Shown: positions 1-12,589, numbered from the stretch's first letter. The stretch is 47,564 bases of DNA from Octopus bimaculoides (GCF_001194135.2 NC_068981.1:139569793-139617356), one strand, 5' to 3'. Numbers and translations: made by a program. Notes: generated from the sequence alone by a model not told the origin.

Positions 1-596
1 ATATATATATTACACGAGGCTAAAAGTGATATGCAAGAGGCAAGACTATGTCTGAAAAAAGTTATAATATTTAAGTAAAAATGTACATACAAGCAGAGAA
101 AAAAAACCAAAGAGAACTTAACGAGGAAGAAACATCGATTAAATTTACTTCTAACCGCCCCATTCTTACAAATACGAAGTTAAATCGCTTTGTGATCATC
201 AGTGCACCAAAGCTCACGTGTGGGTACGCTCACATTTTCGCGGATGCTTTATGAGCGAGTGCACTCGCGCTATGCAGCTTGCCCAAGGGTGTTTATATAT
301 CCATGTTTGTTAACAGTTACATCAAATAGTTTTTACGATGTATTACGTGTTCGTTTCTTTTTTCTCAATCTGTGATTTTTGATCTATGCAAATGAAGATA
401 TTTCCTACGTCTGGCTGCTTTTCTTTCTACAAAACGAAACGTTACATTGCGGAACTGCTATTTTAACGAGTTGTGTCTATTTCTCACCCGATGAGATACA
501 TCTACACCACCGGCTGCTCCTGAACCACCTGCTGAGTGACTCCCACCCGGGAGGGATCGATGCTAGATGTATCGAAAGAATTGTTGTGTTTAATAA

Positions 597-905
597 ATTC
601 TGGCAGAGATAACTGACCTTGTAGGCCTTTATATTCTAGATCCTCTTAAAAAAGAAATAAAAGAAGCTAACATAGGCTTATATAGGGACGATGGCCTGGG
701 AGTAGTACACAATAAGAACGGACATGATATGAATAGAATAAGGAAAAAACTTTGCACAATACTTAGCCAATTAGTATTAAGAACCATAATTAGTACAAAC
801 CTTAAAGAAGTCGAATTCCTAGACATTACTATGAATCATAAGACAAGAAAATTTAAATCCTACCAGAAACAAAACGAAGAAGTCTCGTGCATAGACATAG
901 GTTAA
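597..905 (+). mobile_element. Penelope-like element (PLE) reverse transcriptase fragment, probably Naiad/Chlamys-type
   Basis: Manual translation of an ATG-less frame missing from the ORF track is stop-free from 597 to 902: ILAEITDLVGLYILDPLKKEIKEANIGLYRDDGLGVVH...NLKEVEFLDITMNHKTRKFKSYQKQN. The catalytic YRDD is at 681-692. AEIxxLVGLYIL, GLYRDDGL and VEFLDIT are motifs I recall from marine invertebrate PLE RTs. Confidence 0.8.
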
Positions 906-969
906 AAGTTTTTATAGTTCATTGCGGCACGCTTTTGGATTGCAATCTTCATCATATGTTGTTCTCTTG

Positions 970-3078
970 AAATAAAAAAAATGGAAATGAGGTCATTAAA
1001 GATCCTCCTGTAATAATGAATAGATGGCGAGAACACTTTCAGATCTTTTCCACAATCCTTCTGTAGTGAACCTGAATATTATAAACAATATTCCACAAAG
1101 AGAGATAGTGCAACACAGGAACGATACACCTTCCGTTGAAGAAGTAAATCTGGTATTATGTAAACTGAAATCAGGTTAAGCTCCTGGATTGAATGATATT
1201 CCAGTTGAAAGTTTGAAATCAGGTGGAGATCATATTTCATCTGAAATTCATAGCCTGATAACTCGAGTTTGGAATGAATCTCCTGTGTCACAGGACTAGA
1301 TCAATGGCATTCTAATCTCCGAATACACGGGTAAGGGTCCCAAAACAGTTTGTGGTAATTCTAGAGGGATAACTCTCCTGGCACATAGCAGGAAGATACT
1401 TTGAAAGATCATGTTAGATCGTCTTGTTGAGAATATCTGTCCACGTGTGATTCATGAAGAACAGTGTGGTTTCAGACCTGTGTGAGGAACAATGGAAATG
1501 ATATTTTCTGCGAGGCAGGTTCAATAGAAATGCTTAGAGGAACAAATGCCACTATACCAGGTCTTCATATATTTAAGTAATGTATTTGACACCATAAACA
1601 GGGAGCACTGTGGATTGTTTTGTGTAAACTTGGTTACCCAACACATACTGTGAGCATCTTTAAGGAACGACACAGAAACATGAAAGCTCAGGTAGTCTTT
1701 AATGGTGAGCTATCTCATGAATTTTTGATGGACAACGGTGTCAAACAATAAGACATTCCTGCCCCTACACTATTCTCTATTTTGTTGTATTGCTTTGGTA
1801 TGCTTTTAAGGGTTGCAACAAGGGGAATCAGAATCAGATTTCGGACATCTGGTCGCATTTTTAATCTGACCCAGTTTAACTGCAAAGCAAAGACTTTCAA
1901 AACACTTGTCAGAGAATTACGTTATGCTGACGATGCTGATTTGTTGGTACACTCAGAGAGGGATACGCAACATGTAATGGACAAATTTCCTACTGCATGT
2001 GTACATTTCGGACTTACAATTAGTCTTGGGAATACCAAAGTAATGTTTACTCCCGCGCCAGAAAAAAACATTCTGAACCAAACATTTTTGTAAATGGAAC
2101 AAGGTTAGAAGTCATTAACACCTTTGTTTATCTTGGAAGCACAGTGTCAAGAGATATACTATTGAATAGGGAAGGGAAGTGTTGCCTTTTGAAAGCTCTA
2201 AAAGCGAGTATGGGAAGATACAAGTATTTCCCTGCAGACAAAAATCGATGTCTATAAAACGTCTGTAATCACGACACTTCTTTATTCGAGTGAAACGTGG
2301 ATCACTTACAAGCGTCATATGAAAATGTTGGAGAGATTTCATCAAAAGTGCCTCAGACGTATCTTGGGAGTCAAGTGGGAAAGTTTCATACCAGTTACAG
2401 ATGTTTTGTGCATGGAACGTTGTAATTCAGTTGAAGAACATGTTATCTTGGCTCAAATTACATTGGCTGAACATGTTATTAGAATGAAATATGAATGATT
2501 GCCACAGCGGGGAAAAGGTATAAAGATTACTTGAAGGAAAATCTGAAATTGATTTTCTAGATCGGAACAAGTGGAGGGGTGCTAAAATATGATTCAGCGG
2601 TCTGAGCTTAAAAAGACAAGTCACAAAGGAACAATTGGAACTGAAATCAACAGTGAATATTGGATATGTATTATGTGTAATCGTGTTCTGTTGTTAAAAG
2701 GAGAATACGTGAATCATATGAAGTCACATGAAAATCGAAATGCCCAAGTAGTTAATAATCTTGACCACCAAGCGCGTCTTACGACTTGTGTCATATGTCA
2801 CAAAACTTATAAGACAATATCTGGAATTTAGTGACATATGCTTCTCAACAAAAAAATTCCTTCAGAATCAGATTCTAATGGGCAAATATATAGAAGAAAC
2901 TTGAATATCTGTTACTTGTGCTTTAAACCCTGTCGGTCAGAGGCTGGTCTTAAACGTCATCTCAGAGCTCGTCAACTGAGTGTTTGTGCTGTGTAATGGG
3001 GTACGGTGTGAATGTTGATGGGACGGTGGCTATCATCTGTCGAGATGAAGCAATCATCATACATACATACATACATAG
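970..3078 (+). mobile_element. 5'-truncated RTE-clade (BovB-like) LINE, decayed, with intact 3' end
   Basis: Frame-hopping translation gives NRWREHF, LKSG*APGLNDIP, EEQCGFRP, LRYADD (YADD at 1923-1934), FGLTIS, YLGS and LLYSSETW...LERFHQKCLRRILG. The terminal stop is at 2994-2996. A short 3' UTR ends in an (ATC)/(ACAT)n tail at about 3052-3078. There are many stops and frameshifts. Confidence 0.9.
2667..2972 (+). pseudogene. Three tandem C2H2 zinc-finger motifs at the C-terminus of the RTE ORF
   Basis: All three lie in one frame with C-x2-C-x12-H-x3-H spacing. Finger 1 is CIMCNRVLLLKGEYVNHMKSH (2667-2729, intact). Finger 2 is CVICHKTYKTISGI**HMLLN (2787-2849, two stops, last H changed to N). 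Finger 3 is CYLCFKPCRSEAGLKRHLRAR (2910-2972, last H changed to R). Confidence 0.75.
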
Positions 3079-3514
3079 TACTTTCTCCTTTTCCTCCCCC
3101 TTAAATTTTTCCTTCTATCCAACGAAGAGCCATGTTCGAAACGTTATTTTCACTCGTAATTTTCCATCTAAAACTTACACTCAGCGTCAGCCTCAATCTC
3201 ATAATTTCACTGTCTGTGTCTAAAGTTCAATTTTGTTTTTTCCTGTTTCATTTTTCATTTGCCTACATGCAGATATAAGAACATTCATGTTTCTTTTTTC
3301 TTCTTCATTTTTCTTCTTTTTCTCCTGTCCTCTATGTCCTCGTTTTATGAATCTATACTCTTCACATGTTCCCCATATGTCTCTGATGACGGAATATCCC
3401 ATACTTTAGGATATCTCAGAAACATCTGTAAGACTTTAAATTTTTCCAGTAATAATAGCGTATATGACTTGAGATGTTTGTCTTGCCTTAGCGTTTCTTG
3501 TCCTCTTTAACACT

Positions 3515-3963
3515 TATATATATATATATATNNNNNNNNNNNNNNNNNNNNNNNNNNNNNNNNNNNNNNNNNNNNNNNNNNNNNNNNNNNNNNNNNNNNN
3601 NNNNNNNNNNNNNNNNNNNNNNNNNNNNNNNNNNNNNNNNNNNNNNNNNNNNNNNNNNNNNNNNNNNNNNNNNNNNNNNNNNNNNNNNNNNNNNNNNNNN
3701 NNNNNNNNNNNNNNNNNNNNNNNNNNNNNNNNNNNNNNNNNNNNNNNNNNNNNNNNNNNNNNNNNNNNNNNNNNNNNNNNNNNNNNNNNNNNNNNNNNNN
3801 NNNNNNNNNNNNNNNNNNNNNNNNNNNNNNNNNNNNNNNNNNNNNNNNNNNNNNNNNNNNNNNNNNNNNNNNNNNNNNNNNNNNNNNNNNNNNNNNNNNN
3901 NNNNNNNNNNNNNNNNNNNNNNNNNNNNNNNNNNNNNNNNNNNNNNNNNNNNNNNNNNNNNNN

Positions 3964-4016
<53 letters not shown>
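3515..4016. repeat. (TA)n/(TG)n microsatellite flanking an assembly gap
   Basis: TA run, then Ns at 3532-3963, then TA and TG runs. The same pattern occurs at most other gaps. Confidence 0.95.
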
Positions 4017-4017
<1 letters not shown>

Positions 4018-5847
4018 AGAAACAGAAACAAATACACACAGAAACACATTATTAATATTATTATGTAAGTATACATACACATATATGTATGTAAATATAT
4101 GTACATCTGATATAATGGAACGTGTGGAACCCTCTATCCTCAACAACAGCTCATCCTGTTAAAAACTACGCCCTAGAGCTAATTATATGGTGGAATATCT
4201 CAGATCATGTCCTAAATGAGGCGAATCACCTAATTGTTCTCTATTTTACCTCATCCCTACTGTGCTGTGCTTCTCAGATTCTGCTCTAAATACCGAAGCA
4301 TTGCTACTGAGTTGAAACCCCACAGAATTTCCTCTCTATAAAATTTCAGTTGTACAACCTATATCGTGCTACAGATGCCTAAAGTGAACATCAACCACAT
4401 CAGGCTATCAGTCATTTGATGCATTGAGTGCAAAGTTCTGCAAAGTTCATGGATGCTGCTGCTTCTCGTTTGTTAACAAATAAAAAAATGAAGTAAAAGA
4501 TATAAAGAAAATGAATTGAATATGTATAATTACATGCAGATTCCTATGCGTAGTGATATGTATGTGAGTACGTAAAATATCTGAGCAAATGTGATCACAA
4601 AAAGGAGAACCTAAAACGCATGTATATATCTTTATGCGTACACACACTTCATTCCTACTTTCATGTGTACAACATTATACAGAGACGTGAACATATAGGA
4701 TACGAGAATACGAGAGCATACATACAGGTTTATTCATATGTATAATACCGTTCATTGTTTAAGCTACATAACCGAAAAAAAGTCTTTTCATTACTCCGCT
4801 ATTCATTTCTCGCGCAGCCTGTGTCGAACAAGCAGCTAATCCTGTTCTAAAATTTTGTTAGTTTCCTTCAGAATTTTATACCTGTCTTTATGAACGTATT
4901 GTTGGTAACGTATTATTAGAAAAGTTGGAATTTTATATTTTTGATATCATTTTGTAATATTTTGGAATGGTAAATTTCAAGTAAATTCTTCGTCTAAAAA
5001 TTCATATTAATGTTGAAACGTAGATACAATCAGATCATCTACGAGTTTTAAGAATTCTTTTATTCTCTATCCTCTAATATATCAACATTCTTTTAGACGC
5101 ACTGTGATGAAAGATATTTTTCAAAAGATGTAGATATTATGTGCTTTATGTTGTCCAAATGCATATATATGAAACTCGTATCGAAAATAAACTGTTATTT
5201 GGGAAAAGAGAGTGTAGTCATTTATTTCAAAGTTTAGCAGTAATCTTAACCATATTCTCCGGCAGGAGAACGCTAAGGCTGATAACATGAGGATCCAAAC
5301 CTCTATGCTTTATTTATTTTCATATTTTCCGACTGAAAACAAAATGTTTTTATGCTTGAGCTAAAGTTTTAATATATAGAGAGTAAAGTTATTTCTAACA
5401 TATACAGAGTATGAAGAATTACAGAGCCAATAAGAAAAGTTAGGCCGTGAGGAAAAAATACATTAATTAGTGACAAAAATATTTATTATAGTTTCAGTAC
5501 GTGCAAGTGACAATTCGTGAAATGTTTCGGTACTGTTATGATATCATAAGCGATGCACAGATTTCAGCGTACAGGTCAAAGAAATCATGAAAATAAAAAG
5601 AAAATCAATTTGTAAATGTACAGGGTATATATTAATTCATTGGCTTGGAAAAATATTAGTGTTCAGAGAATAAATCATTTACACACACCAGTTTAGTATC
5701 GATTTTAGCTTCTGGTGAGTTTTAAAATGAAATGATAATATTCGTTAATGCTTTCTAAAATATTTTCTGCTTTTGGTGGAAAGTATATTTCACTAAATAT
5801 CAACTGTTTTGATGAATAAAATAACCAGAATACTAAGCAAAATCAAG

Positions 5848-5933
5848 CACACACACACACACACACACACACCCACACATACACACAGAGAGTATATTAG
5901 AGATATATACGTACATCTGGCATATACTCGCAC

Positions 5934-5989
<56 letters not shown>

Positions 5990-5990
5990 T
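5848..5990. repeat. Compound (CA)n/(TA)n/(GA)n microsatellite
   Basis: Dinucleotide runs are directly visible. Confidence 0.95.
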
Positions 5991-6049
5991 ATGTTTATAT
6001 ATGTACACAGACACACACGCACACACGTGTGTGTGTAATCGCTTCTGTC

Positions 6050-6170
6050 ATGGCTATCTTGTGAAGACGTTTCCTCTACAACCATGTGTTTCCTGGATTA
6101 GACACTAGGAGTGATGCCTTGGGTATTGTTTCTACCATATGCTCGGGCCGATTAAATTTTTGAAATGTGA
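6050..6170 (+). mobile_element. Degenerate 5' part of SINE family B
   Basis: caaccatgtgtttcctgg...gccttgggtattgtttctaccatatgctcgggccga aligns loosely with the heads of the copies at 22160 and 34047. Confidence 0.45.
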
Positions 6171-6434
6171 TACTAGGAATATTCCTGTCTTATTTGCTCT
6201 CGCCATCTATTTGCTCTCTTCAATCCTTACTTTAGAAGAGCGTAAAGCTCGAAACGTCCATTTCCCTGAGTGTCAAATTAATACACCATGTTTGTTGTTC
6301 CCTCACCTGTCTCTGTCTTTTGTTTTTTGTATAAATTTTAGCCCCTTCCTCCGTCAGAAACACACACGTGCGTATGTGTATGTATCTATCAATGCATTGT
6401 CTATGAATGTGTCCGGTCGTGTATGTCTATAGAA

Positions 6435-7625
6435 AAGAGATATAGGGAAATTTCTGAGACCATGCTAACTGAAGAACAGTGTGGCTTTCGTTCTGGACTC
6501 AACACAACTGATCAGCTAAATACTCTGCAGTAGGTCTTTGAGAAATTGTGAGAAAATTGCTAGGAATTGTACGCTTATAAGCCTTGACCATATGATCATT
6601 GGATTAATGGGCAATTTCAAGTTGCTGTGAAATCCCTATACGAAAGCTCAGATGTTTGGGTTTGGATAAATGGTACTAAACCAAAACATTTCAACGTGGT
6701 TATTGGACTAGCAATAGGGGTGTACTGTTGCATATAGTTTTTCTAATGTTTATGAACTGAATTGACATGCGCTGCTGTTGTGAAAGTGGTATCACAATCG
6801 GTGGGTGTAAGATCGGTCGGCTGATATTTGCAGACTATATGGTACTACTTAGTTTATCAGAAAGTGATGTCCAGCATGTACTAAATACGTTCACTACCGA
6901 GTGCTGCAAAGCAAGAATGAGAATTAGTGCTGCGATGACTGAAATATCGGTCCTTTCAAGAATGTTTTTCAGTGTTATCTGCTTGTTAGTGGAACATGAC
7001 TGACACCAGTGTACAAGTTCAAATATTTCGGGGCTTTATTCACGAGTAATGAGAAGCAAAAGGAGGCTGGATTGGATGCTAGAATTGCAAGTGCTGTTAC
7101 GATAATGTGCCAGCTATAGCATTCAAACATCAGAAAAGGAGCGATTGGTAAAATAAACCAATCTTCAATTCAGTTTTCATGTCTTACCTATGGTTATAAA
7201 TATTCGGTAATGACCGAAAAAGTACGATCGCATATACAAGCGGTTGAATTGAGGTTCCTCCTAAGGATTTCTGGAATAACGTTATTCAGCAAGTTGTGTG
7301 ACTGGAATATCAGGGAGTCTTTTTTGGTCGAGCCACTACTTCACCGCATTGAGAAGTCACAGGTATTACAGACTTCTGATTAGAATGTCGCAAGAAAGAA
7401 TAGCAAAAGGGATGGATTCTTCAAGCCGAACCAATCAGTAGGTGATCTAGATGTAGACCAAGAACCAGATGGCTGGGGCTGGATAATAAATGAAGTCTCA
7501 GTTGGTCACGCTTAAGAAACCAATCGGAATCTGTAATGGCTATTGATTATGATAGGACCCTGTGAAGGACGTGCCTAAGAACTCTACTCCTTGATCCCAC
7601 CTCATAACAGTGGGCAGAGAAGATA
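6435..7625 (+). mobile_element. Second RTE-clade LINE relic (Rex3/Expander-like), 3' half
   Basis: Translations give EEQCGFRSGLNTTDQL, RLIFADYMVLL (FADD changed to FADY at 6827-6838), FKYFG, RSHIQAVELRFLLRISG and RPRTRWL. It is heavily interrupted and diverged from the element at 970-3078. Confidence 0.8.
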
Positions 7626-7789
7626 CATGCATGTAAAGTATGTGTGGGCACGTGTGTGTACGTGTACGGACCAGTTTTCTTTTTACTTGAGATCTTCCAC
7701 TAATTATCTGCAAATATCACTGTCATACATGTGGTGCCCTTTGCAATCTCCTATAAAACCTGTCGGGATTAAGAAGATGTATTATGTTA

Positions 7790-7905
7790 TTTGTGAACAG
7801 GAAAGGTTTGCGACAAGCAGAACATTCCGGCAAAGAAATCTGCATCACCGAATTCCGCCTCACCCATGTGAGCACAGAAAAGTAAACATGCATACGGCGA
7901 TGATG
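7790..7905 (+). mobile_element. Probable SINE/LINE 3' tail ending in (GAT)n
   Basis: aatctgcatcaccgaattccgcctcacccatgtgagcacagaaaagtaaacatg...gatgatg resembles an RTE-type 3' tail I recall from octopus repeats. Confidence 0.4.
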
Positions 7906-7994
7906 CATTCTCTTCCACATGTGACGGCACCCCGAGAAACTCTACAGACAATGTCGATTTGATGGAGAAAAACATGCACAGACAATTATACTAT

Positions 7995-8212
7995 AGTGAT
8001 CAAATGTACATTCACTTTCTTCTTCCACCAAAGCGACACTGTCTGCAGAGATTCTCTGAGAAGTGAAGTCAGATAGCGAAGAGATATCGCAGAGCAACGT
8101 GAAATAAAGTGATTTTTGATCAAGAACATAACGTCTTGCTCGGTCCGGGAATCAAAAACACGACTGCATGAGTGTGAAAGCAACACTCTAACAGCTAGGC
8201 TACTCTCCTTCA

Positions 8213-8215
<3 letters not shown>
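7995..8215 (-). mobile_element. tRNA-derived SINE family C
   Basis: The reverse complement starts ggagagtagcctagctgttagagtg...gtttttgattcccgg (A- and B-box-like). It is followed by the tgttcttga...cactttatttcacgttgctc block shared with the copies at 21176 and 42806. Confidence 0.6.
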
Positions 8216-8256
<41 letters not shown>

Positions 8257-8537
8257 NNNNNNNNNNNNNNNNNNNNNNNNNNNNNNNNNNNNNNNNNNNN
8301 NNNNNNNNNNNNNNNNNNNNNNNNNNNNNNNNNNNNNNNNNNNNNNNNNNNNNNNNNNNNNNNNNNNNNNNNNNNNNNNNNNNNNNNNNNNNNNNNNNNN
8401 NNNNNNNNNNNNNNNNNNNNNNNNNNNNNNNNNNNNNNNNNNNNNNNNNNNNNNNNNNNNNNNNNNNNNNNNNNNNNNNNNNNNNNNNNNNNNNNNNNNN
8501 NNNNNNNNNNNNNNNNNNNNNNNNNNNNNNNNNNNNN

Positions 8538-8597
<60 letters not shown>
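8216..8597. repeat. (TA)n - gap - (CA)n microsatellite
   Basis: Directly visible, with Ns at 8257-8537. Confidence 0.95.
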
Positions 8598-8602
<5 letters not shown>

Positions 8603-9374
8603 CATACTTATATGTAGGTTTGCTAATATCATAAATGGACACCAAAATTATTTTAGAACTACTTTGAAATAGCAAACATATATTTTACAATGCCAGCTAT
8701 ATATCTCAATGCATCGGATGTTCATAAAAATACAGTAGGTTCGAAAAAAAAGAAAGACAATTACATGAACACAAAGATTACGCAATAAAACACAATATAA
8801 ATCACAATCCTCCATAAATGTGCAGTAAATATTTCCTGATCGGAAGTGAGGCATAATCTTAAAACATCGGTGTAAAGTAATTCATATTAATTTATTCTCA
8901 GAGACATTTTATCTCCCTGTAATTCATTTGTAGTTTCTGGGGGAAAAAAACAACAAAAAAATCGTTAATGAAAAAGAAACAAAAAAATGATGGTTTACAC
9001 GTTATATAATACTTCATAGAGCTTTAGTTATTCGGGAAATAATTTTGTTGGGATTTAAATACTTATTGATTTATGTATAAAAGGCAAAAGAGCTCCCATT
9101 AAGAAGAAAGTTGTAAAAATAGCTGCCAACTGTTAAATAATGAGATATATGCCAGCGACATAAAAAAATGAAGTGTACTTCTAAATTGCTGAGCGATTTC
9201 GAAGTGTGTGGTTTAAAGTTCCAATTGTTGTACGTAGCTGCACTAGAGAACAAGATACACATCCATCGTTTCTCACCAAGAGAAATATATAACATGCCAC
9301 CAGCCATAACTCTGTAGTTTTGTTAGAGTAGTTAGAGGAAACATATTATACTGGTCACTGATTATGATATAGCG

Positions 9375-9441
<67 letters not shown>

Positions 9442-9856
9442 TGTGTGTACACAGACACACATATAATATATGCTTTTATTCTTCTTATTGTTTTATACGT
9501 TTCATCCCAAAGGCTGTGGCCATGCTGTGGCACCGTCCGTGTAATTACATTTTCAATCGCCACTCCTTTGCTATTGGCTTTTGGTGAAGGAAAGAGTTCG
9601 ATACTGCTTGAATCCCAAGCTATTGCAGTACAAATGTTTATGCAAATTCAAATATCTTGAATATTTCTTCGATTGTGTTTGTTGCCAGGAACGACAAGTT
9701 CATTTTAACTGATGACTGAATTGTGCTCTGATGTAGTTATCAATCATACATATATTCAGTCAACGATGCTTAGACACAAAAATAAACCACATGGCCCTTC
9801 TCAGAAATACTAAATGTAGATATATTTACGAGATGGTATCAAGATATATATATATA

Positions 9857-11121
9857 CGAGATTGTATCAGAAGTTTCCAGGACTGGTTATGTTTAATACA
9901 AAATAATTTATTTACCTAAGTTTTAACATCATGTCTTTCAAAACAGTCACCTTGGGCAGCAATACACCGGTCCCAGCGTTCCTGCCACTTTTGCAAGTCG
10001 TTTTCTGTGAGCAAGTCGAGAACCTTCTGCGATTCGCACTAAATCTCGACAACGGTGTTAAAACAGCAACCTTTGAGTTGCATTTTCATCTTAGGGAAGA
10101 GACGAAAGTCCGCAGATGCTAGATCTGGCAAATCTGTCGAAGCGATACCATATTATTTCTGTCGAGAAACTCACGAGTGAGGAGAACTCGGTAAGAGGAT
10201 GCGTTGTCGTCATGAAGAGTCCAATTCTTAGAGTTCCACGGATCCGATTGCTCTCGCCAAATGTCTGCCCTAAACGTCCGCCGAATGTCCGCCCTAAATG
10301 CCGGATGTCCGCTTCAATACGTCGCAGTAGAACTCTCAATTGACGGTCTGGCTCTGGTTGACAAATTCGTGATGCACTATACCGCGGATGCCGAAAAATA
10401 CGATAAGCATGCTCCTGATTTAACTGTGGCTCTACCGTACCCTCTTTGGTTGTGGAGGCGAATGTTTCTTCCATTGTGGCGATTGCTGCTTCGTCTCAGC
10501 GTCGTACCTGTAGACCCAGCTTTCGTTACCAGTGATAATCGTCGACATGAAGAATAGGTCATCAACGGCACACTGAGGGAGATCTTGATGGAATTTGACG
10601 CGATGCTCACTCGGTTTGAAGTCAGCAGGCGGAAGGAAAACTTGGCAGAGACATGCTGCATGTTCAGACGTTAGGATTGCATGCACGGAACCTTATGACA
10701 AACCAACATCAGCAATGTCATTGATTATCCTCTGACGTTCCTCATGCACAAGCTGATGACGTTTCTCCGCATTTCGCGGGGTGACACCTGTCGTAGGTTT
10801 TCAAGATCGCTCATCATCTTTCAGGGACGTCCTTCCGCTTTGAAGCTCTCGTTCTAGTCGAAACATTGCGTACAATTCAATGCCACATCGCCGTAAGCTT
10901 GTCGAATCAATTCACGTTGGTTCTTTGTTACAACGTCTTATCCATGACAAAATCGCAGACTACACCATACCCGTGATCACAAAAACACTTGCGAAGTAAA
11001 TAAAGCGATGCCACTCGGCACACTGCCTCATACAAATCACTGCTAGGTCACACTGCACGCAAATGTATGCTGTCATCTGTTGGCTGCAGAACTATCTCGG
11101 GAACTTTATGACACCATGTCA
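9857..11121 (-). mobile_element. Near full-length defective mariner transposon (D,D34D family)
   Basis: The transposase relic runs from an ATG at 10945 to a stop at 9916-9918 on the minus strand. Motifs are QAYGD, SAKF..RLLT, IITGNESWVYRYDAETKQQSPQWK (first D changed to N), LHDDNA, PDLASADF and WDRCIAAQGDCFE. Diverged TIRs (cgagattgtatcagaagtttcc and RC tgacatggtgtcataaagttccc) are each flanked by TA. Total length is about 1265 bp. Confidence 0.9.
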
Positions 11122-11523
11122 TATATACGCACACACACACACATATATATATATATAGTATATACATGTATGTACATATACATAATACATATATATAAAT
11201 AAGAGGCAGAACCACCAGATGGCTTCCTAATATGCTAGGAATGGGCGCCAAATCGTCTTACTACGAAGAATATGTTCTCAAAATTAGCCTACGCTAGATG
11301 TTTGCAAGCAAGACAAATGAAAGGAAACAAAAGAAAGCAGTTAATCTCATACCTTAACATTTCACTATTTATAACTAAATAAATAGTTATCTGTAGCTCA
11401 TCAGTGAGACCGCCGCAGACACTTAGACAATACAACCAGATACCAATCACTTCTTTGATAGAACACGTGCGTATAGAGTTCTGCCAATTATACATCTAAA
11501 TATCTGAGTGTGTGTGTGTGTTT

Positions 11524-12370
11524 ATTCGTTTATTCTTTTATTTGTTTCAGCCATACGGCGGCGGTCACTCCATAGTACGACCGTGATTTTTTACTTTTAC
11601 GTATGATTCCTTTGGCTGATTTCTTCCGGGTGATGGGCTTTCACAACACCGCTCCTGTATGTGCTTTCCCCTGATTATTGGCCCATTTGGTGTATGAGAG
11701 AATTTGACACCACTTCCCTCATCTGTACCTCATGCCTAGCCATTGGTTCATCGGGTATTGTGGAGAGGAAAATATCCAGTGTCTTTTTGAAGACATCTAT
11801 GTCAACAATGTGTTGGTTTATTAATTTTTGTGGCATGGCATTGAAGAGCTGTGCACTTTTCAATCCTAAGCTATTACACCAAATGGTCCTGAATTTAGGA
11901 GGGTTGGACGTTACCTTTCAGTACAATCCAGCGGCACCCAGTTCGGGCACTTGTATGACACTTAGTCCCGAATTAGGTACTACTCCGTCTTGAATTTTCC
12001 ATATGTAGATTACTACATATCTGTTGTGTCTTCGCTCCAGGAAGTAAACTCATAGCTTATTCAGCCTCTCCCTGTAGCTCATCTGTACGATTACAATCTT
12101 CTTATTGTAGTAACGTTAAGAACTTTAATTTCCGCTGTTAATCTGGCACTATGTGGTGACCATAGCTGAGAGCAGTAATCAAGGCGGCTGAGAATAAAAG
12201 GTTCTCTACATGGTCAGCATAAGTTCTTAGTCTCTTGTCTTGAAGAACCTGAACATCCATCCTTATCGTCGATCGCTATGCTTATTAAAGTTTCCAAAAC
12301 ACACTCTGTCTTCTCTATCAATTATGTAAAATATACTAAACGTGCACCGAGTGATTCCTTACGTAGATCC
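11524..12370 (-). mobile_element. CR1/Crack-group LINE 3' end including 3' UTR and tail
   Basis: Minus-strand translation gives GWMFRFFKTRD, RLDYCSQLWSP, YRERLNKL*VYFLERR, YIWKIQDGVVPN and LFNAMP...FKKTLDIFLSTIPDEP...SNSLIHQ (stop near 11675). A ~90-bp UTR follows, ending ...gctgaaacaaataaaagaataaacgaata. Confidence 0.8.
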
Positions 12371-12518
12371 TACGACAAAAGTGCAGTACCGCGAATGACG
12401 CCTGGTGGTCGTAAATGGTGAACGTGCTCTCAAGGCACACTACTAGGGAATACTCAAAACAAGGTTTGGATACTACACTTTAAAGTCTCTTATCTAAACT
12501 TTAATTTTAAATATATAT

Positions 12519-12582
12519 AAGGCGGTGCTCCAGCACGGTTGAATTCAAAACTTACTGAAACAAGTAAAAAATAAAAAAAAGT
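12519..12582 (+). mobile_element. Isolated 3' tail of SINE family B (or of its partner LINE)
   Basis: aaggcggtgctccagcacgg...actgaaacaagtaaaaaataaaa matches the tail at about 22508-22560. Confidence 0.55.
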
Positions 12583-12589
12583 ATAAAAT

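Noticed and set aside
255-268. Perfect 14-bp palindrome gcgagtgcactcgc
   Set aside because: It is isolated and short with no supporting context.
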